Assembly: GCA_030390025.1 (NCBI GenBank)
Contig: CM059431.1
Span: 158,722,001-158,786,000 of the forward strand
Direction of reading: 5' to 3'
Source of the DNA: Squalus acanthias
Taxonomy: Eukaryota
Length of the DNA: 64,000 nt
The translations under genes were made by a program, and so were the position numbers. Within the stretch, counting starts at the first letter, position 1; every line of letters begins with the position of its first letter. This document shows, one piece after another, positions 49,057-62,700 of the stretch. The notes below the pieces were generated by a model. The model was not told the DNA's origin and did not search any database. It saw nothing but the letters and a program-made list of their open reading frames with translations.

Positions 49057-50428
49057 CATAGATACATAGATACATAGAAGATAGGAGCAGGAGTAGGCCA
49101 TCCGGCCCTTCGAGCCTGCTCCGCCATTTAATGAGATCATGGCTGATCCTTCAATTCAGTATCCCGTCCCCGCCTTCTCTCCGTAACCCTTAACCCCTTT
49201 TGCCTGTAGAAATATATCTAATTCCCTCTTAAATATATTTAATGAGCTGGCGTACACTGCCCTCTGTGGCAATGAGTTCCACAGGTTCACCACTCTCTGA
49301 GTGAAGAAATTCCCCCTCATTTCTGTCCTAAATGGTTTAGCCCTTATCCTTAAATTATGTCCTCTAGTTCTGTTCTCACCCGCCAAGGGAAACATTCCTT
49401 CTGCATCTAATCTGTCTAGACCTGTCAGAATTTTATACACTTCTATGAGGTCCCCTCTCAATCTTCTAAACTCCAGTGTGTACATCCCTAAACTACATAG
49501 TCTCTCCTCATAGGTCAATCCCGCCATTCCTGGTATCAGCCTGGTGAATCGCCGCTGCACCCCCTCCATGGCAAGAACATCTTTCCTCAGATGAGGCGAC
49601 CAAAACTGTACACAGTACTCGAGGTGTGGTCTCACCAGTGCCCTGTACAGCTGCAGCAAGGTATCCCTGTTCCTGTATTCCAACCCTTTTGCTATGAAGG
49701 CCAGCATACCGTTTGCCTTCTTGACCGCCTGTTGCACCTGCATGCTCGCCTTCAGTGACTGGTGTACAAGAACACCCAGGTCTCTCTGTACTTCCCCCTC
49801 TCCCAATTTATTGCCATTTAAATAATAATTTGCCCTCCCGTTCCTGCACCCAAGGTGGATAACTTCGCACTTGTCCACATTATAGTGCATCTGCCATTTA
49901 TCCGCCCAATCACCCAGTCTGTCCAAATCGCTCTGGAGCTTCCTGGTCTCCTCCTCTGAGCCCACCCCCCCTCCTAGTTTAGTGTCGTCTGCAAATTTGG
50001 AAATGCTGCATTCGACTCCCTGATCCAGGTCATTAATATAAATTGTGAACAGCTGGGGACCCAGGACAGATCCCTGTGGTACCCCACTTGTTACTGCCTG
50101 CCATTCAGAAAATGAGCCGTTTATTCCAACTCTCTGTTTTCTATCTGACAGCCAGTTCTCTATCCACGTCAATACTTTCCCCTTTATCCCATGAGCTTCA
50201 ATTTTCCATGCTAATCTTTTATGTGGGACCTTATCGAAGGCCTTTTGGAAGTCCAGGTACACCACATCTACTGGCTCTCCCCCATCTATTTTACCAGTTA
50301 CTCCCTCAAAAAATTCCAATAGATTAGTCAAGCACGATTTACCCTTTGTAAATCCATGTTGACTCTGTCCTATCCTGTCCCCATTTGCTAAGTGCTCGGC
50401 TATTTCATCCTTAATGATGGACTCCAGA
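49057..50428 (-). mobile_element. 5'-truncated CR1 (family D) nested antisense in the family C endonuclease
   Basis: Open RT ORF 49156-50457; TATCTATG tail; splits the NARSI / NxIDELMAQI motif. Confidence 0.93.
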
Positions 50429-53400
50429 TGGTAACAATATAGACGAGTTAATGGCACAAATAACTACATATGGTTATGATATTGTGGCCATTACAGAAAC
50501 ATGGCTGCAGGGTGACAATGCCTGGGAATTAAACATACCAGGTTATTTAACGATCAGGAAGGACAGGCAGGAAGGAAGGGGAGGTGGGGTGGCTATGTTA
50601 ATAAAGGAAGGAATCACTGTAATACAGAGTAATGATATTGGGTCAAAAAATCATGATAATGAAACAGTTTGGGTGGAGATAAGGAATAATAAGGGGAAAA
50701 AAACACTAGTGGGCGTAGTCTATAGGCATCCGAACAGTTGCAACTCTGTTGGACGGAGTATCAATCAGGAAATAGTTGAGGCATGTAATAAGGGAACTTC
50801 TATAATTATGGGGGTTTTTAACTATCATGTTAATTGTACAAATCAAATGGGGCAGGGCTGCCTTGAGGATGAGTTCATTGAGTGTATTAGGGATGGGTTT
50901 CTTGAGCAGTATGTAACTGAACCGACCAGGGGGCAAGCAACCTTAGATCTGGTCCTGTGTAACGAGACAGGATTAATTAAAAATGTCCTAGTAAAGGATC
51001 CCCTTGGAATGAGTGACCATAACATGGTTGAATTCCATATTCAATCAGAGGGTGAGAAGGTTGGATCTCAAACAAACGTGCTAAGCTTGAATAAAGGAGA
51101 CTATGAAGGTATGCGAGCGGAATTGAGTAGAGTGGATTGGGAAAATAGATTAAAGGGTAAGACGACACATGATCAGTGGTGTACATTCAAGGAGTTATTT
51201 TACAACTTCCAAAAAAATATATTCCACTGAAAAGAAAAGGGTGTAAAAGAAAGGACAGTCATCCGTGGCTAAGTAAAGAAATTAAGGATAGTATTCGACT
51301 AAAAACAAGGGCATATAAGGTAGCGAAATCTAGTGGGAGGACAGAGGATTGGAAAACTTTAAAAGGCAGCAAAAAATAACAAAAAGATTGATTAAGAAAG
51401 GGAAGATAGATTGTTAAAGTAAATTAGCAAAAAATATAAAAACAGATAGTAAGAGTTTTTATAGTTATATAAAAAGAAAAAGGGTGGCTAAAGTAAATGT
51501 TGGTCCCTTAGCGGATGAGACCGGGAAATTAATGGTGGGAAATATGGAGATGGCAAAAACACAATGAATATTTTGTATCAGTCTTTACAGTAGAGGACAC
51601 TAAGAATATCCCAACACTGGACAAACAGGGGGCTATAGGGGGAGAGGAGCTAAACATGATCAAAATCACTAAGGAAGTGGTACTCGGTAAAATAATGGGA
51701 CTCAAGGCGGTTAAATCACCTGGACCTGATGGCTTACATCCTAGAGTCTTGAAGGAAGTGGCGGTAGGGATTGTAGATGCATTGGTAATAATTTTTCAAA
51801 ACTCCCTGGATTCCGCTAAGGTCCCGGCAGACTGGAAAACTGCTAATGTAACACCCTTATTTAAAAAGGGCAGTAGACAGAAGGCTGGTAACTATAGACC
51901 GGTTAGCCTAACATCTGTGGTAGGTAAAATTTTGCAGTCCATTATTAAGGAAACAGTAACAGGACATTTGGATTATCATAATTTAATAGGACAAAGTGTG
52001 CATGGTTTTACGAAGGGGAAGTCATGTTTGACAAATTTGCTGGAGTTCTTTGAGGAAGTAACATATAGAGTGGATAAAGGGGAACCAGTGGACGTAGTGT
52101 ATTTAGACTTCCAAAAGGCATTTGACAAGGTGCCACACAAAAGATTATTGCTTAAGGTAAAAAATCACGGGATTGGGGGTAATATTCTGGCATGGATAGA
52201 GGATTGGCTATCTAACAGAAAGCAAAGAGTTGGGATAAATGGTTCATTCTCAGACTGGCAATCAGTAACTAGTGGTGTTCCACAGGGGTCAGTGCTGGGT
52301 CCCCAACTCTTTACAATCTATATTAACGATTTGGAGGAAGGGACCAAGTGTAACATATCAAAATTTGCAGATGATACAAAGATGGGAGGGAAAGTAGTGA
52401 GTGAGGAGGAAATAAAAAACCTGCAAGGGGACATAGACAGGCTAAGTAAGTGGGCAGAGATTTGGCAGATGGAATACAACACTGGAAAGTGTGAGGTGAT
52501 CAACTTTGGCAGGAAAAATCCTAGAGCAATTTATTATCTTAATGGCAAGAAACTGGAGAGTACTGAAGTGCAAAGGGATCTGGGAGTCCTTGCGCACGAA
52601 ACTCAAAAGGTTAGTATGCAGGTGCAGCAAGTGATTAAGAAGGCAAATGGAATGTTGGCTTTCATTGCTAGGGGGATAGCATATAAAAATAGGGAGGTAT
52701 TGCTTCAGTTGTACAAGGTATTGGTGAGACCGCACCTGGAATACTGCATACAGTTTTGGTGTCCTTACTTAAGGAAAGACATCCATGCTCTCGAGGCAGT
52801 GCAAAAAAGGTTCACTCGGTTAATCCCGGGGAAGAGGGGGTGGTCATATGAGGAGAGGTTGGGTAGATTGGGACTCTACTCATTGGAGTTCAGAAGAATG
52901 AGAGGCGATCTTATTGAAACATATAAGATTGTGAAGGGGTTGGATCGGGTGGATGCGTGGAGGATGTTCCCGATGACGGGTGAGATTAGAACTAGGGGAC
53001 ATAGTCTTAGAATAAGGGGCTGCTCTTTCAAAACTGAGATGAGGAGGAACTACTTCACTCAGAGGGTGGTAGGTCCATGGAATATGCTGCCACAAAAAGC
53101 TGTAGAAGCTACATCATTAAATAAATTTAAAACAGAAATAGACAGTTTCCTAGAAGTAAAGGGCATTAAGGGTTACGGGGAGCGGGCAGGAATTTGGACA
53201 TGAGTCTAGGTTCGGATCGGTCATGGCCCTGTGGGTAGTGGAGCGGGCCCAGGGACCGTGTAGCCTGTTTCTGCTCCTATTTCGTGTGTGCAATTCTGTT
53301 AGATGCAGGAGATGGTTCTGTGATAGATAGTAGATTGGCGGTTAGGATCAGATCAGCCATGATCTTATTGAATGGCGGAGCAGGCTCGAGTGGCCGATTG

Positions 53401-54007
53401 GCCTACTCCTGCTACTATTTCTTATGTTCTTATGAGAGTTTTAACATGGAGGTGCTGGCGTACAGGGAGGCAATGTAGGTTCGCAACTACAGGGGTGATC
53501 GGTGAGCAGCATTTTGTATCTACCCAAGTTTACGGTGGGTGAAAGGAGCAAAGCTGAACCGGAGAGCAGTGGAAAAATCGAGTCTGCAGTCGATAAAAGC
53601 ATGAATGAGGATGTCAGCAGCAGAAGGGCAGAAGCAGGGACAAAGATGTTGCAGTTGTGGAATCAGGCTCTCTTTGTGCTGTAGAGAATATCGGTCGGAA
53701 TCTCAGCTTGTCGTCATTTTTAACGCTGAGGTTGTAAACAGTCTGGTTGAATTCGAGACATCGGCTGGGACGGGGATGGAATCACCGACAAGAGAACAGA
53801 ATTTGCGGCAGGGGTTGAAGATCATGAATACATGTGAAAGCTGAACACTTGCCTTTGAATAATGTATCAAAGTGGCAGCACGTAGATGAGAAATATGTGA
53901 GGGCGAGGGGGGGATCTAAGGGGGACTCCTACGTTAACCATGCGGGAGCAGGAAGAAAAGCTGTTGATGAAGTTTCCCTGGGTGCGACTGGATATGTAAA
54001 AGAGCTG

Positions 54008-56148
54008 TTCTTCTCTTCTTAGGCAGTCCCTCGGAAACGAGGATGACTTGCTTCCACGTTAAAAATGAGTTCTCATTTGACTTATGAGTACATTGCGGGA
54101 CCTACAGTCTCTGTCACAGGTGGGGCAGACAGTGTTGAAGGGGCGGGTGGTTGGGGTGCTTGGGTTGATGTGCACTCCTTGCGCTGTTTGTGCTTGGCTT
54201 CCACTTGCTCCCGGCGAAGTGACTCGAGGTGTTCGGCGCATTCCCGGATGCTTCTCCTCCACTTTGTGCGGTCTTGGGCCAGGGATTCCCAGGTGTCGGT
54301 GTGGATGTTGCACTTTTTCAAGGAGGCATTGAGGGTGACCTTGAAGCGTTTCCTCAGCCCAGCTGGGGCTCTCTTGCCGTGTCCGAGCTCTGAGTACAGC
54401 GCTTCTTTTGGGAGTCACGTATCAAGCATACGGACGATGTGACCCATCCATCGGAGCTGATCGAGCGTGGTCTAAGCTTCGATGCTGGGGATGCTGGCCT
54501 GAGGGAGAGCACTGACGTTGGTGCACCTATCCTGCCAATGGATTTGCAGGATCTTGTAAGGTAGCGTTGGTGGTACCTCTCCAGTGCTTTGAGGTGCCTG
54601 CTGTACATGGTACATGTCTCTGAGGCATACAGGAGGGCGGGTATTGCTACTGCTCTGTAGACCATTAGTTTGGTGACGCAGTTTGAGGTTCTGGTCTTCA
54701 AACACTCTCTTCCTCCTGCCCTGGCACACTGAAGACATTGTTGGACTTCGTCATCAACGTCTCCCCTTGTTGACAGTAGGCTCCCGAGGTATGGAAAGTG
54801 CTTCACGTTGTCCAAGGCGTTGTCGTGGATTGTGATAATCGGGGGGCAGTACTGTGTGGCGGGGGCAGGTTGTTAGAGGACCTTTTTCTTACAGATGTTT
54901 AGTATAAGGCCCATGCTCTCTTACGCTTCGGTGAAGGAGTTAACGATGGTTTGGAGTTCGACCTCCGATTGTGCGCAGACGCAAGCATCGTCTGCACACT
55001 GTAATTCGATGACAGAGGATGGGTGACCTTGGATCCGGAATTGAGACGACGGAGTTTCAAAAGTTTCCCGTTTCTTCTGTAAATTAACTCCACTCCAGCA
55101 GTGCTTACTGATGGTGAAATGGAGCATTGCAGCAAGGAACACCGAGAGAGCGTTGGTGCGATTACACAGCCTTGCTTGACCCAGTTCCGTACGTGAATTT
55201 GGTCTATGGTGGAAACGTTGGTCAGGATCACGGCTTGCATGTCGTCCTGAAGCAGGCGGAGGATGGTGACAAACTTTGGAGTGCAGCCGAATTTGAGGAG
55301 GACACTCCATCATCCCTCACGTTTGACAGTGTCAAATGCTTTTGTTCGGTCGAAGAAGGCCATGTACAGCGGTTGGTTCTGTTCCCTGCATTTCACTTGT
55401 AATTGGAGCACTGTGAAAATCATGTCCATTGCACCACTTACTGGTCGGAATCTGCATTGCGACTCTTGGAGGAGCTCTTCGGCCACTGTGCGAAGGTGAT
55501 TGAGGAGGATTTTTGCGATGACTTTCCCTGTGGCTGACAGCAGCGAAACTCATCTGTAATTAGCGAAATCGGACTTGTCACCTTTCTTGAAAATGGACAC
55601 AATTACGGCGTCTCTGAGATCCCCTGGCATGCTCTCCTCCTTCCAGATAAGATAAATGAGTTCATGAATTCGCACCAGTAGTGCTTCTCCGCCATGCTTT
55701 AGTGCCTCGGCAAGGATTCCATCTGCTCCTGAGGCCTTGTTGTTCTTCAGTTGTTGGTTGGCCTTTTCAACCTCATGCCGGGCTGGGGTTGTGCTGAGAT
55801 GGTGCTGGGTAGCATGCTGCGAGATGGAGTTGAGGACACTAGCGTTGAAGACAGAGTCTCGGTAAGGAGATGTTCGAAGTGCTCCTTCCAGCGGGCACTG
55901 ACTGCCTCCCTGTCCTTGATGAGTACCTCCCCGTTCTTGGCCAGCAGTGGGTTAGGACCTTGGGTGATTGGGCCGTAGGTGGTCCTGACTGCGCTAAAGA
56001 ATCCACCCACGCCGTGGTTGTTGGCGACCTGCTGGATCTCCTGCGCTTTCTCCACCAATCTTCTGTTCTTTAGATCGCGAGTTTTTTGTTGGAGCTGAGC
56101 CTTAAGGCGTCTGTAGAGCTGCTTTCTTGCTCTCGAGTTCTGTTGCTG
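54008..56148 (-). mobile_element. RTE-clade LINE, 5'-truncated, decayed
   Basis: RWKEHFEHLL, VKQGCVIAPTL, CADDAC, KHFPYLGS, C-terminal CPTCDRDC zinc knuckle, GAA tail. Confidence 0.9.
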
Positions 56149-56984
56149 GTTAAAAGTGCAACCAAGCGAGGGCAGTCCCACTGAACTGGACAACGGGGTA
56201 GAGGTGTTGGATGATGTTGTGCTCGACCGTGTAAAGGCTGCAGAGGTCAAGAAGAATGAGGAGGGATAGTTTACCACGCTCACAGACATAGAACGTTTCA
56301 TTTGTGACTTTCATTATTGTCACCTTAGTGCTGTGGCAGTAGCGGAAAGAGATTCAATCATGTCCTTGTGTGAAAGATGGGCAGAGATTCGAGAGCCGAC
56401 AAAACATTGTTGGGAAAGTGAGGCTAGAGATGGAGATAAACATGTCTAACTCTTCACCCACGTGTTAAACTGGGCACATCCCTGTTTTCAAACTCCCTCC
56501 TCTGAAATACACAAGTCTCATTTGTGGTTTAATGGTAGAGAGATTGTTAAACTCATTACACTTTCACAGATCATTGCACCTGCTCTCACTGGGCGACTGG
56601 AATCTCCCAGTTCCACCGGAGGGGTTTGCGAGTTGCAGGTTACAGAATTAGAGCAAAGCTTTCGGTATCCTTGTTTTACAAAGCTGCTTCAGAAAATGCA
56701 GTGCCGTCACTTCACTTTTGTTAATACACAGAATTACACATAATGTAAAGCTCAGAAAGAGTCCATTCCATTCAACTGCTCCATGCCTGTGTTTACACAT
56801 CACATGAAAATCCTACCATCCCACTTCATCTAACCCTATCACAAAATCTTCTAATTCCTTTCTTCCACTTGTTTATCTCGCTTACCCTTAAATACATATC
56901 TTCTTTGCAGTGAGGCTCTGTAACCTGGAGCTTGCCCGATCATTGACCCAATACAGAACACGTGCTGTTGTTCATATGTCCATC

Positions 56985-59900
56985 TGACACAGCCCCGCCC
57001 CCCACCGACTCAGCCCGCCCCCCAACCGACACAGCACTATCCCCACTGACCCAGCCCCAACACTCCGACTGATCCATCCCCGCCAAGCACCGACCCAGCA
57101 CTGGCCCCCCCAACGACCCAGCCCAACTCCCACTGACCCAGATCCAACAAACACACTGATCAAGCCCCGCCCCCCACTAACCCAGTCCCGAAACCCAAAA
57201 TGACCCAGCCCAGACACACTCACTGACCCAGACCCGACACCATCACTGACCGAGCCCCAACACCCATCACTGACGCAGCCCCGACACAATTAACTGACCC
57301 AGACCCTACACCCTCACTGACCCAGCCCCGACACCATCACTGACCCACCCCGACACCCTCATTACCCAGCCTCTACACCCTCAATGATCCAGCCCCGACA
57401 CCCTCACTGACCCAGCCCCAACACCCTGACTGACCCAGCTCCGACACGCTCACGGATACAGCCCCGACACCCTCACTGACCCAGCCCCGACACCCTCACT
57501 GACCCAGCTCCGACACCCTCACTGTCCCAGCCCCGACACCCTCACTGACCCAGCTCCGACACCCTCATTACCCAGCCTCGACACCCTTACTGACCCAGCT
57601 CCGACACCCTCACTGAACGATCCCCACACACTCACTGACCCAGCCCCGACATCCTCACTGATCCTGCCCTGACACCCTCACTGAACAAGCCCCAACACAC
57701 TCACAGAATCCAGCCACGACACCCTCACTTGCTCTGCCCCGGCACCCTCACTGACCAGGCCCCTATCACCCTCACTGAAGCAGCCACTACACCTTCACTG
57801 ACCCAGCACCGACATCCTCACTGAGCCAGCTCTGACATCCTCACTGAGCCAGCTCTGACAGCCTCACTGATTTACCCCGACAGCCCCACTGACCAAGTCC
57901 CAACACCCTCCCTGACCCAGCCACGACACCCTCACTGACCCAGCCCCGACACCCTCACCGACCGAGCCCCGATAGTCTCACTGACACAGCCCCGAAACTC
58001 TCACTGACCCATCCCCGACACCTTCACTGACACAGCCCTGACACCCTCACTCACCCAGCCCCGACACCCTCACCGACCCAATCCCAATACCCTCACTGAC
58101 ACAGCCCCGACACCCTCACTGACTCAGCCCTGACACCTTCACTTACCCAGCCCCGACACGCCCACCGACCCAGCCCCGATACCCTCACTGACACAGCACC
58201 GACACTCTCACTGACCCATCCCCGACACCTTCACCGACTCAGCCCCAACAACATCACAGCCCCAGCCGCGAAACCCCCACTGACCCAACCTCGACAACCT
58301 CACTGGACCAGCCCCGACACCTCCAAAGACCCAACACCGTAACCATCACAGCCCCAGCCCCGTCACCCCCACTGATCCAAACACGACATCCTCACTGACC
58401 CAGACGTGACACCCTCACTGATTTAGCCGGACACCTCCACTTAGCCACTCCCAACACCCTCACAGACCCAGGCCCGACACCCTCTCTGACCCAGGCCCGA
58501 CACCCTCTCTGACCCAACCCCGAAACCCTCACTGAGCCTGCCCCGACACCGTCATTGACACAGCCCCATCACCCTCACTGACCCAGACCCATCACCCTCA
58601 TTGACGCAGACCCGCACCGCCCTCCAATGACACAGCCTCGACCCGACACCCCCACTGACCAAGCCCACGACAGATACCCAACTGTTCCAGCCTCGACACG
58701 CTCACTATCCCAGCCCCGAAACCCTCACTGACTTAGTATCGAATCCCTCACTGACCTTGGCAAGCCCCGACATCCCACTGACCCAGCCCAACACCAGCAC
58801 CCTCACTGACCCAGCCGCGACACCTCCCTGACCCAGCGCCGAATCTCTCACTGACATGGTATCGAATCCCTCACTGAGCCAGCCCAACACCGAAACTCTC
58901 ACTGACCCAGCCCCGACACCCCACTGACACAGCCCAACACCGATACCCCACTGACCCAGCCCAACACCGACACCCCACTGACCCAGCACAACACCGAAAC
59001 TCCACTGACCCAGCCCAACACTGACAACCCCCTGAAACAGCTCTACAAAGGCACCCCACTGAACCAGCCCAACACTGAAACCCCCCTGACTCAGCCCTTC
59101 ACCGACACCCCGCTGACCAAGCCATACACCGATACCCTCATTGACCCAATGGCGACATCCCACTGACCCAGCCCAACACCGTCACCCGACTGACGAAGTC
59201 CTTCACCGACACCCCACTGACCGAGCCCATCACCAACACTCTCATTGACCCAACAGCAACAACCCACTGACCCAGCCCAACACCGAACACGCCACTGACC
59301 GAGCCCTAAACCTTCACCCCACTGACCCAGCCATACATCAACATCCCACTGACCCAGTCCTGCACCGACATCCCACTGAACCGTCCTAAAGTGACACGCC
59401 ACTGACACAGCCCTACACCGACACCCCACTGAACAAGCCCAAACCCGATGTAGGATACGGTGCATCTGTATGATTTAGTAAACATTATTAAGATTCTAAA
59501 ATCATTTTTGTATAACTATAATACGTGAAAATGTATGTTAAAAACCTAGAACCATGTAGAAAATGGCGACTGGCTGAGAACAAGGCAGGAGGGGGAAATT
59601 ATGCCAACCAGACTAAAAACCTTTGTTTTCAATTACTGAAGTAATGAAATGTAGTGCTAACTCTACGGAGACTGTCAGGGACGTGTTAATCGGTAACGTT
59701 ATGGGAAAGAGATAAGAGTTAGAGAAGAGAGAATGGGATTGGGGGCATCCCTCAGTAATACCACTATAAGATGGACAGACTGCTTCGACAAAATCTTGAG
59801 AAATGATCTTTGAAAAGAAAACATCTAAAGCTAAGGGCACTTTGTTATGCAGAAAGGGAGACCTAGAGGAATCAACAAGGTGAATAAATGTCCTATGGAG

Positions 59901-60445
59901 ACTGACAAGGAAAGCAGGGATATTTACCAGGAGTCAGAGAGCTGATTACTGTCAGGTAGGCAAAAGGAAGAGAAAGGGTATAAAGATACAGATGTTGAAC
60001 ACTGAAAGCAGCGCGCACCATTTAATCAGAGTTGAAGAAGCTTCAGTTAACAGAACACAGCAATAACCCAGAGAAGCGAGCTTCAGTCAACAGACCACAA
60101 CAAGAGAATTAAGAGACCGCGCCACAGTCACTCGGAAGGAACGCCGAGGCACAAACGAACAAGACTGTGACTATCTCCTTGTTAATTATGACTTATTTGT
60201 ACTGGATGCTTAATGCTTAATAGACCTGTTTTACTTATACACAATATACCTGTACCCAGAGTGCTTTGTGCAGTCACGGACAAATTATTCTAAGAGCTTT
60301 TGAAAGCTACACCGACACCCCACTAACCAGCCAAACAGCTACACCCCACTGACACAGCCCAACATCTGCACCCCACTCACCCAGACCAACCCTGCACTCA
60401 CCCAGCCCAACCCTGACAATCCACGGACCCAGACCCACCCCACAG
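56985..60445. repeat. C/A-rich minisatellite array 4 (long 23-bp block, then 27-bp), split by an LTR
   Basis: 23-bp period at 57474/57497; 27-bp units from ~58900. Confidence 0.95.
59449..60311 (+). mobile_element. Solo LTR (863 bp)
   Basis: TGTAG...CTACA termini; 4-bp target duplication CCGA (59445-59448, 60312-60315); TATAAA at ~59979; internal direct repeat AGCTTCAGTYAACAGA. Confidence 0.85.
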
Positions 60446-60665
60446 ATGGCATTGCACCGTGTCTGGCACAAGATGGCGAGCAGAGTATTCTAGGGCACCG
60501 AGCCCACATGATGGCACATTAGCTCACCTGGCAGAAGATTGTGGACATGCTGAAAATGCTGAAAGTATCAGCAGGATCCAGGGATTTATTTGGAATGAGA
60601 TAGCTTGCAGCAAAGATCCTGGCAGGGTAGAATAGCCGAATTATCCGATTTATCGGTTTGATGAG
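60446..60665. other. Non-TE conserved block X, copy 4 (most diverged)
   Basis: Colinear with 38869-39088. Confidence 0.8.
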
Positions 60666-61149
60666 GCAACATTACAGTCTCCGCAACAACAGATTTAATT
60701 TATATAGCTTTTTTAACGTAATAAGATGTTCCAAGGAACTTCGCAGGAGCGTTATCAAACAATATTTGATACCGAGCCACATATTAGGACAGGTGACCAA
60801 ATGCTAGGCCAAGGAGGTAGGTTTTAAGGAGCGTCATAAGGAGAGAGAAGGAATTCCAGACTTTATGGCAGTAGAAGGTATGTTCACGAATGGCGGAGTT
60901 ATTCATTTCAGGGGTGCGCAAGAGGCCAGAATTAGAGAATCACCGAGATCTCGAGGTTTAGGGATTGGCGAGGCCATGAAGGGTTTTGAAAACTAGGTTG
61001 AGATTTATTAAATCGAGGTGCTGCCGAATCGTGAGCCAATGTAGTTCAGAAAGCACATGTTTGATGGGTGCTTTCTATTTCAAACCTATACAGACACGTC
61101 TCAGAAAAGCTGCATCAAATTGGTCAAATACGACTTGTCTACAGCTAAC

Positions 61150-62700
61150 CTGTTCCAGGCTCGGCTTTATCTCTAAATGTTTACTGATTTAAACCTGGAA
61201 TTACAGATTCGAATAGCTTACTCACAAATAACAGTCTAACTGGTCTGCAGTTCCCGGCTGATCCTCCCTGTCTCCATTTTAACAGAGATATTGTTTGGGC
61301 TCTATCAGTCTAGCTGTACATTCATGATATTATATGAGGATTAAAAAACTGTATTCAGAGTCCCTTTTATTTACCCTCTGATTTCCTTTAACAATATGGG
61401 GTGCATTATCTCTGGGTTGAGTGACTTATCCACCTCAGCTGTTTTACTCAGATTCAAATCCTTCTTTACACTGATCTCCAAACATGGACACACATCCCCC
61501 TTCATTACATCAACATTTTCACTTCCACCATCAAATAAATTATTTTGTATCTACTCAAACCTTCACCCTCCACGAGTTTCCCCCAGCTCCCCTTCTATCT
61601 CACCTCCACTGCAACGTTCCCGCTAAGCTGCACGGCCGCGCAGTTATCTGGACATCCCGCGCAGGCCGCTTACCGGTTTTTCTATGTTAGATTTGGCACA
61701 AGCGTGAAATTGTGAATGGGCCTCGCAGATCGTTATAGGCAGCTGCATCCAAAAAAAAACTAGCGGGAACATTGCTTTTTCACTTCTTATTGCTTATCTG
61801 TGTACATATGTATTACATAGAAATACAAATATACAGCACAGAAACAGGCCATTTGGCTATCCCACCCTAAAATCATATCAGTTGATCCCCTTCCCGCTGC
61901 TCCATTCACCTATTCTTTAAAACAATTGTTGTTGGGTTCAGTTCATAGCCGTCCCTTCCCTTCTCCGTGAACCCATTCTAGTGCCCCAACAACGTGAATC
62001 CTTCCATCTCACTCCAGACAAGGAGTCCCACATTGACTTGACACATATTTCCTCATTAAGCAGCCCAGTGCAGAACAATACAGAGCACCACCTTGAGGCC
62101 TTGTCTTTAGTCGAGTGCCTCAGTCTCAATATTCCCTCTATAAACGTATTTCTATCCGTGTTACTGATTCCGACCTTGGGTAAGTTTTGCTCTCCTTTCC
62201 TTCCCAGAGATTTTCCCACCTGTTCCAGGATGTTCTTCCCTCTGGCACCAGGGAGGCAACTTATCATTTTGCACCAGCTCAGGGCTGCAGACGAGTCTTT
62301 ATATTCCCCTGACTATAGCATCTCCCACCACTATTGATTTGCTTTTCCTGTGCACCACCTGCCTCTCACCCCACTCGGGGTGGCCTCCTGCTCCCTGCTA
62401 CCACACTGTTGCTCAGGAAGACACTCCTCTGAGTCACTGTCTCTATCCACCTTACATTCCTCAATACCAGATATCTATTGGAATGTTCCAGTACGCAATG
62501 CCTCCCTCCAACTGTGACTGCGATGTCTCTCGAGATGTTCACTCACTTCCCTCTTTCTACTCAGCCCCTGTCCAGTTCCATCTTCATGTGCGAGCTGCAG
62601 GTTCTTGCACGAGATCTGGACCCTATGTCAGGACAGAAATTATATTTTAAAGTATTTTCTGAACCTACCTGTGTCCTTGCTCCTGCTCAGGCTTCTGGAT
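61150..62700 (-). mobile_element. Old decayed CR1 (paralog of 39700-43070)
   Basis: ORF 61938-62267 MISCLPGARGKNILEQV, an esterase remnant. Confidence 0.65.
61612..61774. mobile_element. MITE-like element (163 bp)
   Basis: Terminal inverted repeats CAACGTTCCCGCTA / TAGCGGGAACATTG (13/14 match); absent from the paralog at ~40150; no target duplication seen. Confidence 0.7.

Larger units (their letters stand above)
48732..53431 (+). mobile_element. CR1 family C, from the ORF1 end to the 3' tail
   Basis: ATGAGA duplicated at 48726-48731 and 53432-53437; ORF1 end YWGRRELFRWDGLHL...ERALN*; endonuclease 48883-49056 and 50451-51230; RT 51656-53203. Confidence 0.93.
48356..56440 (-). mobile_element. 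Old L2 LINE in three pieces (48356-48731, 53432-54007, 56149-56440)
   Basis: Reverse-complement similarity to the L2 at 45750-47030; split by CR1 and RTE insertions. Confidence 0.7.

Noticed and set aside
56985..59448. Immunoglobulin switch region or RSS array
   Set aside because: GGGCT/GGGGT motifs are present, but I saw no V or C exons and no heptamer-spacer-nonamer; CACTGAC is not the RSS heptamer
60500..60570. Ankyrin-like peptide GTLAHLAEDCGHAE in block X
   Set aside because: Short resemblance in one of several plausible frames; it needs frameshifts to extend and cannot support a family call
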